Assembly (NCBI GenBank): GCA_001788955.1
Contig: MFXT01000026.1
Coordinates: 53,877 to 117,876 of the forward strand
Source of the DNA: Candidatus Peribacteria bacterium RIFCSPHIGHO2_02_FULL_49_16
Lineage (GTDB): Bacteria > Patescibacteriota > Gracilibacteria > Peribacterales > Peribacteraceae
Length of the DNA: 64,000 nucleotides
Direction of reading: 5' to 3'
This document shows, one piece after another, positions 29,059 through 38,374 of this stretch. Below the pieces are notes generated by a model. The model was not told where the DNA came from, ran no database searches, and saw nothing but the letters and a program-made list of their open reading frames with translations. Both the position numbers and the translations under genes were made by a program. Within the stretch, counting starts at the first letter, position 1; each line of letters begins with the position of its first letter.

Positions 29059-31047
29059 ATGCTATCAGAAAATATACACAAAAAAGAGAAGGCACTACGT
29101 GCTCTACTAGATGATGTACTTGGATTGGAAGCCAAAACGAGTGCTGTACAGACAGAAAAAGGAGAGGTCAAACTCACCAATGAGGAACGAGAGGCATTGA
29201 AATACTACGAAGAAGGCATTCAGAAAATGCTTGATCTTATTGCGCCTGCCGCCATGCAGATCAAACACAACGATCTCGTGCTGAATGACAAATATGCGCG
29301 CACACTCTATGTATATAACTGGCCGAATTTCATCTATCCCAACTGGCTCTCGCAACTGGTGAATTTTGATGCTGAACTTGAAATAGCGCACTTTATTCAT
29401 CCCAGCAACAATAAAGCGATCATGAGAATGTTGCGTAAAAAAGTGACGGAACTGCACTCATCCATTCGCATGCTGGAACAGCGTGGTATCGTGCGCGATC
29501 CCACATTGGAAGCCGCTCTTCAAGATGCGGAAGAACTTCGCGATCTCCTCGCACGCGGTCAGGAAAAACTTTTTCAATTCGGCATGTACATAACGATATA
29601 TGGAGAAGATGAATTGCATCTAAAAAAACTGCAGACGGAAGTTGAAGCAGTCCTCGGTGGAAAACTCGTTCTCACAAAACCGGCGTTCTTCCAGATGGAA
29701 CACGGCTGGACGAGTACACTCCCCTTATGTCTTGATGAGCTTGAAATTAATCGCAACATGAACACCCAGTCCGTGGCAACGAGTTTTCCATTCAGCAGCA
29801 GCGACTTTACGCAGGATCGCGGCATTCTCTACGGCGTGAATCGTCACAATAACAGTCTTGTCATCTTCGATCGTTTCACACTTCCCAATGCAAACTCCAA
29901 TATTTTTGCCATTTCCGGTGCAGGAAAATCCTTCATGGCAAAAATGGAAATGCTTCGATATTTGATGTTGGGAATCGATATTCTTGTCATCGATCCGGAG
30001 AATGAATATACCAATCTCTGTGAAGCTGTCGGCGGATCGTTTATTCCTCTTTCGATCCAGAGCCAATTCCGCATCAATCCTTTTGATCTCCCCAAAGCGG
30101 TACGCGGGGAACAGGCTGCAGTTGGTGAAACATTGCGTGCATCAGTGATCAATTTGCATGGACTCTTTAAATTGATGTTGGGCACACTTTCTCCCACCGA
30201 AGACGGTGTTCTCGACAAAGCCATTCTTGATACATACGCATTAAAGAATATCGCCTTTACCACAGAGAACCCCGGAGAAATGGAACCACCGACTATGCAC
30301 GACCTTGTCGATGTACTCATGACAACGGATGGTGGTGAAAACATGGCAAGAACGCTGCAGAAATATACAGAAGGGAGCTTCGCGGGAATCTTTGATCAAC
30401 CTACAAACGTCGAACTCGACAACACAATGATTGTGTTCCAGATCCGCGATCTGGAAGAACAACTGCGTCCCATTGCAATTTACATCGCACTGAATTTTTT
30501 GTGGAATCGCATTCGTTCAGAATTTAAGCAACGACTTCTGATTATTGATGAAGCATGGAATCTCATGCAATATGAAGACTCCGCACGGTTCCTCTACGGA
30601 ATCGTGAAACGCGCACGAAAATACTATCTCGGCATTACCACAATTACACAGGATGTGGATGATTTCGTGGAATCACCGTATGGACGACCTATTATCACAA
30701 ACTCCTCATTGCAAATTCTTATGAAACAATCTCCGGCAACGGTCGATAATTTGCAAAAACTTTTCTATCTTACCGAGGGAGAAAAATACCTTCTTATGAA
30801 CTCTGACGTAGGACAGGGAATTCTTTTTGCAGACTACAAGCATGTTGCGACTCAATTTATCGCCGGTCCGGAAGAAACGGCACTGATTACAACAAAACCT
30901 GGGGAAGTTGCTGCACAAAAACAGCGAAAGAGAGAAGAGACGGCGAATCAGGAAAAAGAAGTTTCTGAACCGAAACCTCTGCCACCGGAAGAATCTACTT
31001 CGTCTTTAGAAGAACGTGGTAAAGAATCTTCTTCGGCAGAAACCTGA
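29059..31047 (+). CDS. VirB4/TraC-like secretion ATPase (CPR type)
   Basis: GILYGVN.HNNSLVIFDRF, Walker A AISGAGKS, VIDPENEY, INPFDL, Walker B LIIDEAW, RARKY, ITQDVDDF. Confidence 0.88.
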   Translation: MLSENIHKKEKALRALLDDVLGLEAKTSAVQTEKGEVKLTNEEREALKYYEEGIQKMLDLIAPAAMQIKHNDLVLNDKYARTLYVYNWPNFIYPNWLSQLVNFDAELEIAHFIHPSNNKAIMRMLRKKVTELHSSIRMLEQRGIVRDPTLEAALQDAEELRDLLARGQEKLFQFGMYITIYGEDELHLKKLQTEVEAVLGGKLVLTKPAFFQMEHGWTSTLPLCLDELEINRNMNTQSVATSFPFSSSDFTQDRGILYGVNRHNNSLVIFDRFTLPNANSNIFAISGAGKSFMAKMEMLRYLMLGIDILVIDPENEYTNLCEAVGGSFIPLSIQSQFRINPFDLPKAVRGEQAAVGETLRASVINLHGLFKLMLGTLSPTEDGVLDKAILDTYALKNIAFTTENPGEMEPPTMHDLVDVLMTTDGGENMARTLQKYTEGSFAGIFDQPTNVELDNTMIVFQIRDLEEQLRPIAIYIALNFLWNRIRSEFKQRLLIIDEAWNLMQYEDSARFLYGIVKRARKYYLGITTITQDVDDFVESPYGRPIITNSSLQILMKQSPATVDNLQKLFYLTEGEKYLLMNSDVGQGILFADYKHVATQFIAGPEETALITTKPGEVAAQKQRKREETANQEKEVSEPKPLPPEESTSSLEERGKESSSAET

Positions 31048-32015
31048 TCGGTCGACATCACTTTCCAGCGCATTTCGCTCTGCAGCCGGCCGGAAACGGC
31101 GAAGCCTGCCGCTTTCTTGTGTCCCCCGCCATGAAAACGACCAGCCATCGTGTTGACATCAACATCATCATGAAGAGTACGCAGTGATCCTTTCACTTTT
31201 CCATCCCGCTCCGACAATACAAGAGAAAAGCGCATGCCCGGAACGGCATTCACATAATCGATCACGCCGGCAAGATCGGAATACTTCGCGCCCGTCGCCC
31301 GAAAATCCCCTTCCGTCACCGCAGAAATAGCTGCCCCTTCATCACTGACCGTCACTTTTTCCAACACTCTCCCCCACAGTTTTAGCATGGACATATTCGC
31401 CATCCGAAAAAGTGAATTCACGATCAGCTGATGTCGCGCACCCGAGCGCAAAAGCGCCGATACCGTCCGATAGACATTTGCTGTAGTATTGCTGTGCAGT
31501 AATCCGCCGGTATCCGTATACACACCCGTAAGCAAATCGGTTGCAATTTCACAGGTCAAAGGCCAGTTATACACTGCTGCCAATGCCAACACAATTTCAC
31601 ATGTTGATGCAGATTCTTCGATGACGATATTTACTTTTCCGAAACGTGTGTTTGATACGTGATGATCAATATTGATCACATTCCACGACTGATCGAAGCA
31701 ATGCGGATACTGATGATGAATGCCCGTAAGGCTCGGTTCGGCGCAATCGAGAAAAAGAATCACATCTTCAGACGTCAGATGTACCGATTGTTCGATGGAC
31801 ATGGACGATAACAAAAAACAGAGTGATTCGGGAACCGGATCAATACACAAGAGTCGTACATCGCGATTGGAAAACTCTTGCCGAAGAAGCAAACCACATC
31901 CCAAAAGCGAACCAATCGCATCACCATCGGGATTGCGATGACAAACACAAACAATACGTTTTCCATTATCTAGAAGTGTACGAGTCTGCCGTGCAATACG
32001 CTCTGAAAGAATCAT
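30948..32015 (-). CDS. nrnA: DHH/DHHA1 phosphoesterase (NrnA-like oligoribonuclease/PAP phosphatase)
   Basis: HRNPDGDAIGS, IDHH, TDTG, SLR, GGGHKKAAG. Confidence 0.88.
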   Translation of the reverse strand: MILSERIARQTRTLLDNGKRIVCVCHRNPDGDAIGSLLGCGLLLRQEFSNRDVRLLCIDPVPESLCFLLSSMSIEQSVHLTSEDVILFLDCAEPSLTGIHHQYPHCFDQSWNVINIDHHVSNTRFGKVNIVIEESASTCEIVLALAAVYNWPLTCEIATDLLTGVYTDTGGLLHSNTTANVYRTVSALLRSGARHQLIVNSLFRMANMSMLKLWGRVLEKVTVSDEGAAISAVTEGDFRATGAKYSDLAGVIDYVNAVPGMRFSLVLSERDGKVKGSLRTLHDDVDVNTMAGRFHGGGHKKAAGFAVSGRLQSEMRWKVMSTDQVSAEEDSLPRSSKDEVDSSGGRGFGSETSFS

Positions 32016-32143
32016 GAAAAGAGATCATGATACGTGCACACAACCGCATGCACACATATCTCATGTTGCTGTTCAAAAGAATATATGTGGATTACTCGAT
32101 GAGTATTTTAGAGGTACACTGTTCATGAATATTGCTACAACAT

Positions 32144-33022
32144 ATGCATCCATTTTCTCTCGTCTTCTGTGGCACACCGGCATTTGCTCTCCCATCACTG
32201 CACATTCTGTGCAGTGATCCCGCATTTGATGTAAAACTTGTCATCACACAACCCGACAAACCCATCGGACGTGATAAAAATCTTCACTCACCACCGGTGA
32301 AGCACGTTGCAGAAAAATATGGCATCAAAGTCTTGCAACCAAAAAATATGAATAAGGAGCTATCATCTATCAATGATCAGTTGTCATCTCGTCCAGACTT
32401 TCTTGTTGTTGTCGCCTATGGACAAATCCTCTCGCAGGAGATTCTCGATATTCCTGCTATTGCTCCTGTAAATATCCACGCCTCTCTTCTTCCACGATGG
32501 AGAGGAGCATCTCCTCTTCAACACACCATTCTGCACGGAGACACGGTCGGCGGCGTCACTATCCAGCGCATGGAATATGCACTCGATGCCGGTCCGATCC
32601 TCGCACAGAAATCTCTTTTTCTCGATCCGCGGGAAACCACAGTCACTCTGCGCGACAAACTTTCCACGCTTGGGGCAGAACTTCTTCAGAAAACTCTGAA
32701 AGAGCCTTTACATCCTGAATCACAAGACCCGACTAAGGTGACCATGTGTCATAAATTGACACGTGCAGACGGTCACGTACAGACGGAAACCATGACGGCA
32801 GAAGAAATTGATCGCAGCGTGCGCGCGCTTGTCCCCTGGCCGGGCGTCACACTCTTCAATCAGACAGTAAAAATTCTCGAAACTGCGCTTGAACCAATGG
32901 AACATGCATATCCGATTCCCTGTGCAGAAAATACAATCCTCTATCTCGTCACTGTGCAACCGCCCGGGAAAAAACCGATGACCGGTGCAGCATGGGCACG
33001 GGGACGACCTACTCCATCCTGA
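32144..33022 (+). CDS. fmt: Methionyl-tRNA formyltransferase
   Basis: FCGTPAFA, TQPDKP.GR, VVAYGQIL, NIHASLLPRWRGASP, LDAGPI, RALVPWPG. Confidence 0.95.
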   Translation: MHPFSLVFCGTPAFALPSLHILCSDPAFDVKLVITQPDKPIGRDKNLHSPPVKHVAEKYGIKVLQPKNMNKELSSINDQLSSRPDFLVVVAYGQILSQEILDIPAIAPVNIHASLLPRWRGASPLQHTILHGDTVGGVTIQRMEYALDAGPILAQKSLFLDPRETTVTLRDKLSTLGAELLQKTLKEPLHPESQDPTKVTMCHKLTRADGHVQTETMTAEEIDRSVRALVPWPGVTLFNQTVKILETALEPMEHAYPIPCAENTILYLVTVQPPGKKPMTGAAWARGRPTPS

Positions 33023-33023
33023 T

Positions 33024-34424
33024 ATGCAACGTGTCATCTTTCTTCTCTGTTTGTTTGCAATCACATCAATAACATACGCGGCACCTTTGCTGTCTGGCGA
33101 TACAGATGGAGACGGTCTTCTTGATACGGAAGAAGACATCAATGGAAATGGCATACTCGATGCGGGAGAAACCAATCCGTTCGATGCCGATACTGATGGT
33201 GGAGGCGAAGCGGATGGAGCAGAGGTCCGTTCGGGTCGTGATCCGCTCGATCCCAAAGACGATCAAACCGCAGACCCTGATGAAGACGGCCTCATCAATG
33301 CTCGTGAACTTTTGCTTGGCACCAATCCTCTAAAGAAGGATACGGACGGCGATGGCATTCCCGATGGACAGGAGATTGCCATGGGCCTTCATCCTCTCAA
33401 TCCAGACACTGATGGCGATGGACTTTCTGATGGGCAAGAAATTGCTCTTGGAACGGATCCTAAAAATCCCGACTCCGACGGAGACGGTCTCTCCGATGGA
33501 GACGACCCTTTTCCTCTCGAAAAAGCCTTTACAAAAGACACCAACAACAATGGCACTCCCGACGAGTGGGAACAGCATTATCACTTCTCATCGAATGAAC
33601 AAAACGACGGAAACCTCGATACGGACAATGATGGACTCCGTAACACCGAAGAATTCATCTATGGAACTGATCCGAGACAAATAGATACCGATCATGATGG
33701 TATTTCTGATGGTCAGGAAGTACTCGATGGTACAGATCCCAATTTATATGAATGTCTCATATATGAAGAAGATGCGCCGACGTTCGATGATCTTACAGGA
33801 CATTGGTCTCTCCCCTACGTGAGGCACTTACAACACACATACGTATTTTCTCATAAAACTCCCATTATCGAGGGATATAAGCATGGGACATCCGATTCAC
33901 GCATCTTTCTTCCGGATCGCAACATTTCCCGTTTCGAACTCTTGAAAATCGCCCTCTTTTCCACATGCACGCAACCCAAAACGGATGATGCGACTGCACC
34001 ACTCCCCTTCTCCGATGTGCCGAAAAATCCCCAAACCGATGATGGGAAATTTCGACAGAGTATCCTTGCTGCAGCATACCGACTAGATATTGTCCATGGA
34101 TATCCCGATAACACATTCCGTATGGATGATCCTATAAATCGTGCAGAGGCGCTAAAGATCTTTCTTCGTGCAGCACGATTTATCGTGTGGATGAATGAAG
34201 AACGCGCTGCAACACCCTTTTCCGATATTTCATCGGACGCATGGTTTACGCCATACGTAGAACAAGCATATGGACTCCATTTTATTGAAGGCTACCCCGA
34301 TAACACATTCCGCCCTGATCAATCGATCACTCGCGCCGAAGCGGCAAAACTCGTTTATTTGCTTCTCATCAGCAATCCGGCAGTGAATAGCGACGTCATA
34401 CCAACAGAAAACATGGGACAATAA
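33024..34424 (+). CDS. Secreted protein with DxDxDG calcium-binding repeats and C-terminal SLH domains
   Basis: Signal peptide; about 10 DTDGDG-type repeats with G(T)DP linkers; three SLH-like repeats (FSDV...GYPDNTFR.D..I.RAE). Confidence 0.88.
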   Translation: MQRVIFLLCLFAITSITYAAPLLSGDTDGDGLLDTEEDINGNGILDAGETNPFDADTDGGGEADGAEVRSGRDPLDPKDDQTADPDEDGLINARELLLGTNPLKKDTDGDGIPDGQEIAMGLHPLNPDTDGDGLSDGQEIALGTDPKNPDSDGDGLSDGDDPFPLEKAFTKDTNNNGTPDEWEQHYHFSSNEQNDGNLDTDNDGLRNTEEFIYGTDPRQIDTDHDGISDGQEVLDGTDPNLYECLIYEEDAPTFDDLTGHWSLPYVRHLQHTYVFSHKTPIIEGYKHGTSDSRIFLPDRNISRFELLKIALFSTCTQPKTDDATAPLPFSDVPKNPQTDDGKFRQSILAAAYRLDIVHGYPDNTFRMDDPINRAEALKIFLRAARFIVWMNEERAATPFSDISSDAWFTPYVEQAYGLHFIEGYPDNTFRPDQSITRAEAAKLVYLLLISNPAVNSDVIPTENMGQ

Positions 34425-34430
34425 TTGTCC

Positions 34431-34462
34431 AAAAACCGTTGGGTCCTTCATACCCAACGGTT
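34431..34462. terminator. Hairpin between convergent genes (terminator for the minus-strand PUR gene)
   Basis: Perfect 11-bp stem aaccgttgggt/acccaacggtt with an A-run on the left. Confidence 0.7.
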
Positions 34463-34478
34463 GTGCAGAATTTTTTCT

Positions 34479-34778
34479 TTATGCATGTTGTTTCATTTCT
34501 TGCAAAGCCTCGATGAACTTGTCAAGGTCCTCCGCATCAAACATGATCGTCGTTTTCTGGCCGCCACGGGACTTTTCTGAAATTTTGAAGAACTTGCCAT
34601 TCGACGACTGTTTAAGATCGATGTAAAATGTGCGCTGGCGTGCGTGGATCGTGACTGAATGTATATCCTGTGCAAAACCTCGTCCGCCACCGTGAGAATA
34701 TGATGATGATGGAGACGCACCTTCTTCCATAGAAGAATTTCTAACATCGTTCTGTAAATCTGCCATGGGATCGAACAT
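34479..34778 (-). CDS. PUR-domain (PurA/DUF3276-like) ssDNA/RNA-binding protein
   Basis: RTFYIDLKQ..NGKFFKISE...TIMFDAEDLDKFIEAL pattern. Confidence 0.8.
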   Translation of the reverse strand: MFDPMADLQNDVRNSSMEEGASPSSSYSHGGGRGFAQDIHSVTIHARQRTFYIDLKQSSNGKFFKISEKSRGGQKTTIMFDAEDLDKFIEALQEMKQHA

Positions 34779-34915
34779 AGAAAATATGGTGAAAAAAATA
34801 GAAACGCCCCCGATCTCCTTGTACCTTCAAAGCAGTTACTCCTTGGCTTCGATGATGAGAGCAGAGGTATAATAAAAACATTGGAGCGAAAAAACAAGCC
34901 GGTATTTTCATCATA

Positions 34916-36436
34916 CTATTCGACCTGCGGAAACAGAATCTCCGGCTTTCCGACGGTTTTCCAATCTATGCACACTCCCCATGCTTTCAGATCACCAATG
35001 ACGAAATCCCTCTGAAGCATTCGCTCTGCATAGGGAACATTCAACTGTCTGGATATCTTCTGTGCGGTTTCGGGAATGAATGGCAAAAGCGTAAGAGAAA
35101 GGTATCGTAGAGCCTCTGCAAGTTGCGACAGAACATTCGCTTTCTCTTTTCCCTTTAATTCCCACGGCTTCTTTTCGTCGATGTATCGATTACTGTCCAC
35201 GGCAATCTGTACCGCCTCATGAAGTGCCACACTGCAATCAAATGCATCCATTGCTTTCTTATACATATCATACTTCATCGTAATGAAATCCGGCTTTCCA
35301 AAATCCACCAGTACACCATTTTCTTTCTGAAAAAGCACGAGAACACGATTGAGGAGATTCCCAATATCATTGCGCAACTTCGCATCGTAAAGCTTCCCAA
35401 AACGATCCCATGAGAAATCCCCGTCCCGTCCAACGGGGACCTCGTGGAGAAGATAGAACCGCAAGGGGTCAACGCCATAGTGTTTTATTACATCTTCCGG
35501 CTTCACCACATTGCCTAAGCTCTTGCTCATTTTTTGACCTTCATTCGTGAGAAAGCCATGAATCAACAATTTTTGCGGCGGTGGCACGGGGAGACCGGCA
35601 TTTTTGAGCATAGCCGGCCAGCAGAGCGCATGAAAACGGGCAATATCTTTGCCTATCACATGCATCACTTTCGCATTTTCCCAAAAATTTTTGTCTTCAT
35701 GATCTGTGAAATATCCCAGAGTCGAAATGTAATTCGTCAATGCATCACACCACACATACATCGTCTGCTCTTCATCACCCGGAACGGGAATTCCCCATGA
35801 CAAACTCTTCTTTGGACGAGAGAAAGACACATCTTCAAGCCCCTGTTCTATCAGAGAAAGTGTTTCGGCTGCACGAAATTCCGGTTCAAGAACGTACCCG
35901 TTTTTTCGGTCTTTCAGAAGCGCTTTCAACCACGAAGTATCTCTACTCAAGAGAAAAAACCAGTTCTCTTCCATCACCTCTTCCGGTGCAATTTTATGGT
36001 TCTCGCACATGCCATCAACCAAATCACGCCGTGTCATAAATCGCTCACATCCGCTGCAATAGAGTCCTGTGTAGCTGCGTTTCTGAAGAACACCGGCCTC
36101 TTGCAAGCGTTTCCAGAGTGCGATCACCGTCGGCCAGTGGTGCTCTTTATCGGTCGTGCACACAAAATCGTCGTATGAAATCTGCAACCGATCAAAGAGA
36201 TCACGAAACAACGGCGTGTTGCGATCAACAAGTTCCTTTGGAGTAATCCCTTCTTTCTCCGCTGTTCGCTGTATCTTCACGCCGTGTTCATCAGTCCCCA
36301 CCTGAAACCGCACTTCATCTCCTTGAAGACGCATCCATCGCGCGCACACATCCGCAAGAACCTTTTCCAGCACATGCCCCATATGAGGAGCTGCATTTGG
36401 ATAATCAATGGCAGTGGTGATGTACTGTCGAGCCAC
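34916..36436 (-). CDS. metG: Methionine--tRNA ligase
   Basis: YITTAIDYPNAAPHMGH, GTDEHG, YVWCDAL.NY, IGKDI.RFH, KMSKSLGN. Confidence 0.96.
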   Translation of the reverse strand: MARQYITTAIDYPNAAPHMGHVLEKVLADVCARWMRLQGDEVRFQVGTDEHGVKIQRTAEKEGITPKELVDRNTPLFRDLFDRLQISYDDFVCTTDKEHHWPTVIALWKRLQEAGVLQKRSYTGLYCSGCERFMTRRDLVDGMCENHKIAPEEVMEENWFFLLSRDTSWLKALLKDRKNGYVLEPEFRAAETLSLIEQGLEDVSFSRPKKSLSWGIPVPGDEEQTMYVWCDALTNYISTLGYFTDHEDKNFWENAKVMHVIGKDIARFHALCWPAMLKNAGLPVPPPQKLLIHGFLTNEGQKMSKSLGNVVKPEDVIKHYGVDPLRFYLLHEVPVGRDGDFSWDRFGKLYDAKLRNDIGNLLNRVLVLFQKENGVLVDFGKPDFITMKYDMYKKAMDAFDCSVALHEAVQIAVDSNRYIDEKKPWELKGKEKANVLSQLAEALRYLSLTLLPFIPETAQKISRQLNVPYAERMLQRDFVIGDLKAWGVCIDWKTVGKPEILFPQVE

Positions 36437-36480
36437 GTGGGCAGTCTACAGCACATATCTCATTCACTCTATGATCTGTA

Positions 36481-36885
36481 TCACGGTCGAAATAGTGGTT
36501 CGAGCAGTTTATTCATACCCCTCACAATTGGTTCGGCAGCAAGAACCAGCATAACACCAACAAGTGTGATAATGAAAAACGTTCGTGCTTTGCTTAACTT
36601 CTCCTCGCTCCCCTGCGCCGTAATCATCTGAATGGATGCGTAAATGAGCATACAAATCGCAATTCCAGTCGCGATGGATACAATAAGTCCCGTAAAACTC
36701 GTTGTCAGTTTCGCTAGTAATCCTTCTCCCGCATCACAAAATATCTGTACAGGACCAGGACACGCCGCCGATTTAATGGCGCCTATTCCAGGTATTGTTG
36801 CATTATCTAATCTCGCTGCAAGCACAGAAGCAGGAAGTATAATAACTCCACAGAGGAGACCAAGAAGGACAACAACAATACGCAT
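36481..36885 (-). CDS. VirB2/TrbC-like pilin (CPR type)
   Basis: Signal-like N-terminus, Cys pair, two TM helices joined by ITAQGSEEKLSKAR. Confidence 0.75.
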   Translation of the reverse strand: MRIVVVLLGLLCGVIILPASVLAARLDNATIPGIGAIKSAACPGPVQIFCDAGEGLLAKLTTSFTGLIVSIATGIAICMLIYASIQMITAQGSEEKLSKARTFFIITLVGVMLVLAAEPIVRGMNKLLEPLFRP

Positions 36886-36891
36886 AGAATT

Positions 36892-37515
36892 CTAGAAAAT
36901 ACCGACAACGGCTCGTACGAGAACACGAGCGACATTCAGAATAATGGCACCGCCGATCACCCATGCTATCATATGCCGCGCTTTATTAAATTCGTCGGGC
37001 TTCCCGCGAGCGAGAAGCATGCGAATACCTCCAACAATAATAAAGAAAATAAAGAAGACGTTGAAAATCGTAAGGAGAATATCCGCAGCGCGTGCCATCA
37101 GTGACACGTCAATCTTGATCTTGTCTCCTTCCAGCGGAGGCAAAGTCGCGATACCGGCAACAAATGTTTGGGAGGCAAATGCCAGAAGCAAGCCCGCCAA
37201 CACATAAACAATGGAGAGCCGCGCCTGTGAAAGCCTTGATTCATCTCCCATACTCAAGACCATGAGGTATCCTGCCCAGATGATGAAGATCACGGCCAAA
37301 CCTGCAGCAACACGAAGCATAATGGTTCCCACTCCTTGTATCACTTGTCTATATGGCGGCGCATGGATATCGATTTTGCATCCACCAGGCACACCCGTAC
37401 AAAATGCAGAAAAATCAGCTGCAGATGCGATTTCTGTTACCATTCCGATCGAAAAACAGATGCCAAGAAGCACAAAAAACAAATGGAGAGGCCGCAAACA
37501 AGAACAAAAAGACAT
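36892..37515 (-). CDS. Tandem two-domain VirB2/TrbC-like pilin
   Basis: Two repeats of the TM-(G.E....KAR)-TM unit (SMGDESRLSQAR; ARGKPDEFNKAR). TATAAT box 6 nt upstream of ATG 37515. Confidence 0.75.
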   Translation of the reverse strand: MSFCSCLRPLHLFFVLLGICFSIGMVTEIASAADFSAFCTGVPGGCKIDIHAPPYRQVIQGVGTIMLRVAAGLAVIFIIWAGYLMVLSMGDESRLSQARLSIVYVLAGLLLAFASQTFVAGIATLPPLEGDKIKIDVSLMARAADILLTIFNVFFIFFIIVGGIRMLLARGKPDEFNKARHMIAWVIGGAIILNVARVLVRAVVGIF

Positions 37516-37602
37516 CTGATCATTATAGCAAATTTTGCTTGTTTTTACAATAAACACGCGACGTTGCCAGAGAACCGTCTTTCGTCGTAGGATGCAGGCT
37601 CG

Positions 37603-37795
37603 CTCTTCTCATCATCGTTATCATGCGGACAGAGCTTCCACCTTCGTCCGCCTGCGGCGGATCTACGGTGGACAAGCAGTTGGGTCGAGTCCGCCTCTTC
37701 TCATCATCGTCATCATGCGGATGTAGCTCAGTTGGGTCGAGTCCGTCTCGGACGAGCCATGTAAGAATGGCGTCTGATGCGCTCTAGCCAACTGA
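37603..37795 (+). repeat. Two truncated copies of the tRNA-Gly(GCC) leader plus 5' end, with palindromic inserts and an inverted D-arm copy
   Basis: ctcttctcatcatcgt(c/t)atcatgcgga occurs at 37603, 37695 and 37807. 37780-37795 is the reverse complement of 37840-37855. Confidence 0.85.
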
Positions 37796-37828
37796 TTGAT
37801 ATACTGCTCTTCTCATCATCGTCATCAT

Positions 37829-37905
37829 GCGGATGTAGCTCAGTTGGCTAGAGCGTCGCCTTGCCAAGGCGAAGGTCGCGGGTTCGAATCCCGTCATCCG
37901 CTCCA
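37829..37905 (+). tRNA. tRNA-Gly(GCC)
   Basis: GCGGATGTAGCTCAGTTGG...TT-GCC-AA...GGTTCGAATCCC...CGCTCCA. Confidence 0.96.
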
Positions 37906-37982
37906 CCTTCTGAGGGAAACCTACAGTTTCCCCCAGTATCCCTTTCCCTTACAATAAGTCTTGCGGTTCGGACGTTTTTTTA

Positions 37983-38056
37983 GCGGGATTAGTACAGTGG
38001 CAGTATGCGAGCTTCCCAAGCTCGAGATGCGGGTTCGATTCCCGTATCCCGCTCCA
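37983..38056 (+). tRNA. tRNA-Gly(CCC)
   Basis: GCGGGATTAGTACAGTGG...TT-CCC-AA...GGTTCGATTCCC...CGCTCCA. Confidence 0.95.
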
Positions 38057-38146
38057 CGTAAAATTGCGCGCAGCGAAAGCGAGCAGCAAATTTTACGTGC
38101 CACGTGACGGCGAAGCCGTTTTACGTGGCTGCGCGCAATCACGTGG
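38055..38146. repeat. Compound palindromic element with repeated CACGT/ACGTG motifs
   Basis: cacgtaaaatt...aattttacgtg, then ccacgt..acggcgaagccgt..acgtgg; ttgcgcgcagc and gctgcgcgcaa are inverted. Confidence 0.65.
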
Positions 38147-38313
38147 TGCGGCCACCCACAGTTCTAACCAAACATCTGAGTTCTAACTTCCTTTAGTTCA
38201 GAGCTCCAAATAGGAATGACTTTTTCAAGGACCCTCTTTTTGACAGAGACGAGGTGCACAGCGAGACGGAACCGTAATCCCGGCTACAAGAGCGATGCAC
38301 AGATGCAGTGTAT

Positions 38314-38350
38314 CAAAAAGAACCCCCGCGAAAAAATATCGCGGAGGTTC
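38314..38350 (-). terminator. Rho-independent terminator after the DGR-target-like gene
   Basis: Minus strand: gaacctccgcga-loop-tcgcgggggttc followed by ttttt. Confidence 0.75.
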
Positions 38351-38374
38351 AAGGCATCAAGAAGGCGCAAGCCC

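Noticed and set aside
37603-37847. Three ~40-nt direct repeats with unique spacers, superficially a mini CRISPR array
   Set aside because: The repeat is the leader plus 5' end of the adjacent tRNA-Gly, spacing is irregular, and no cas genes are in the window.
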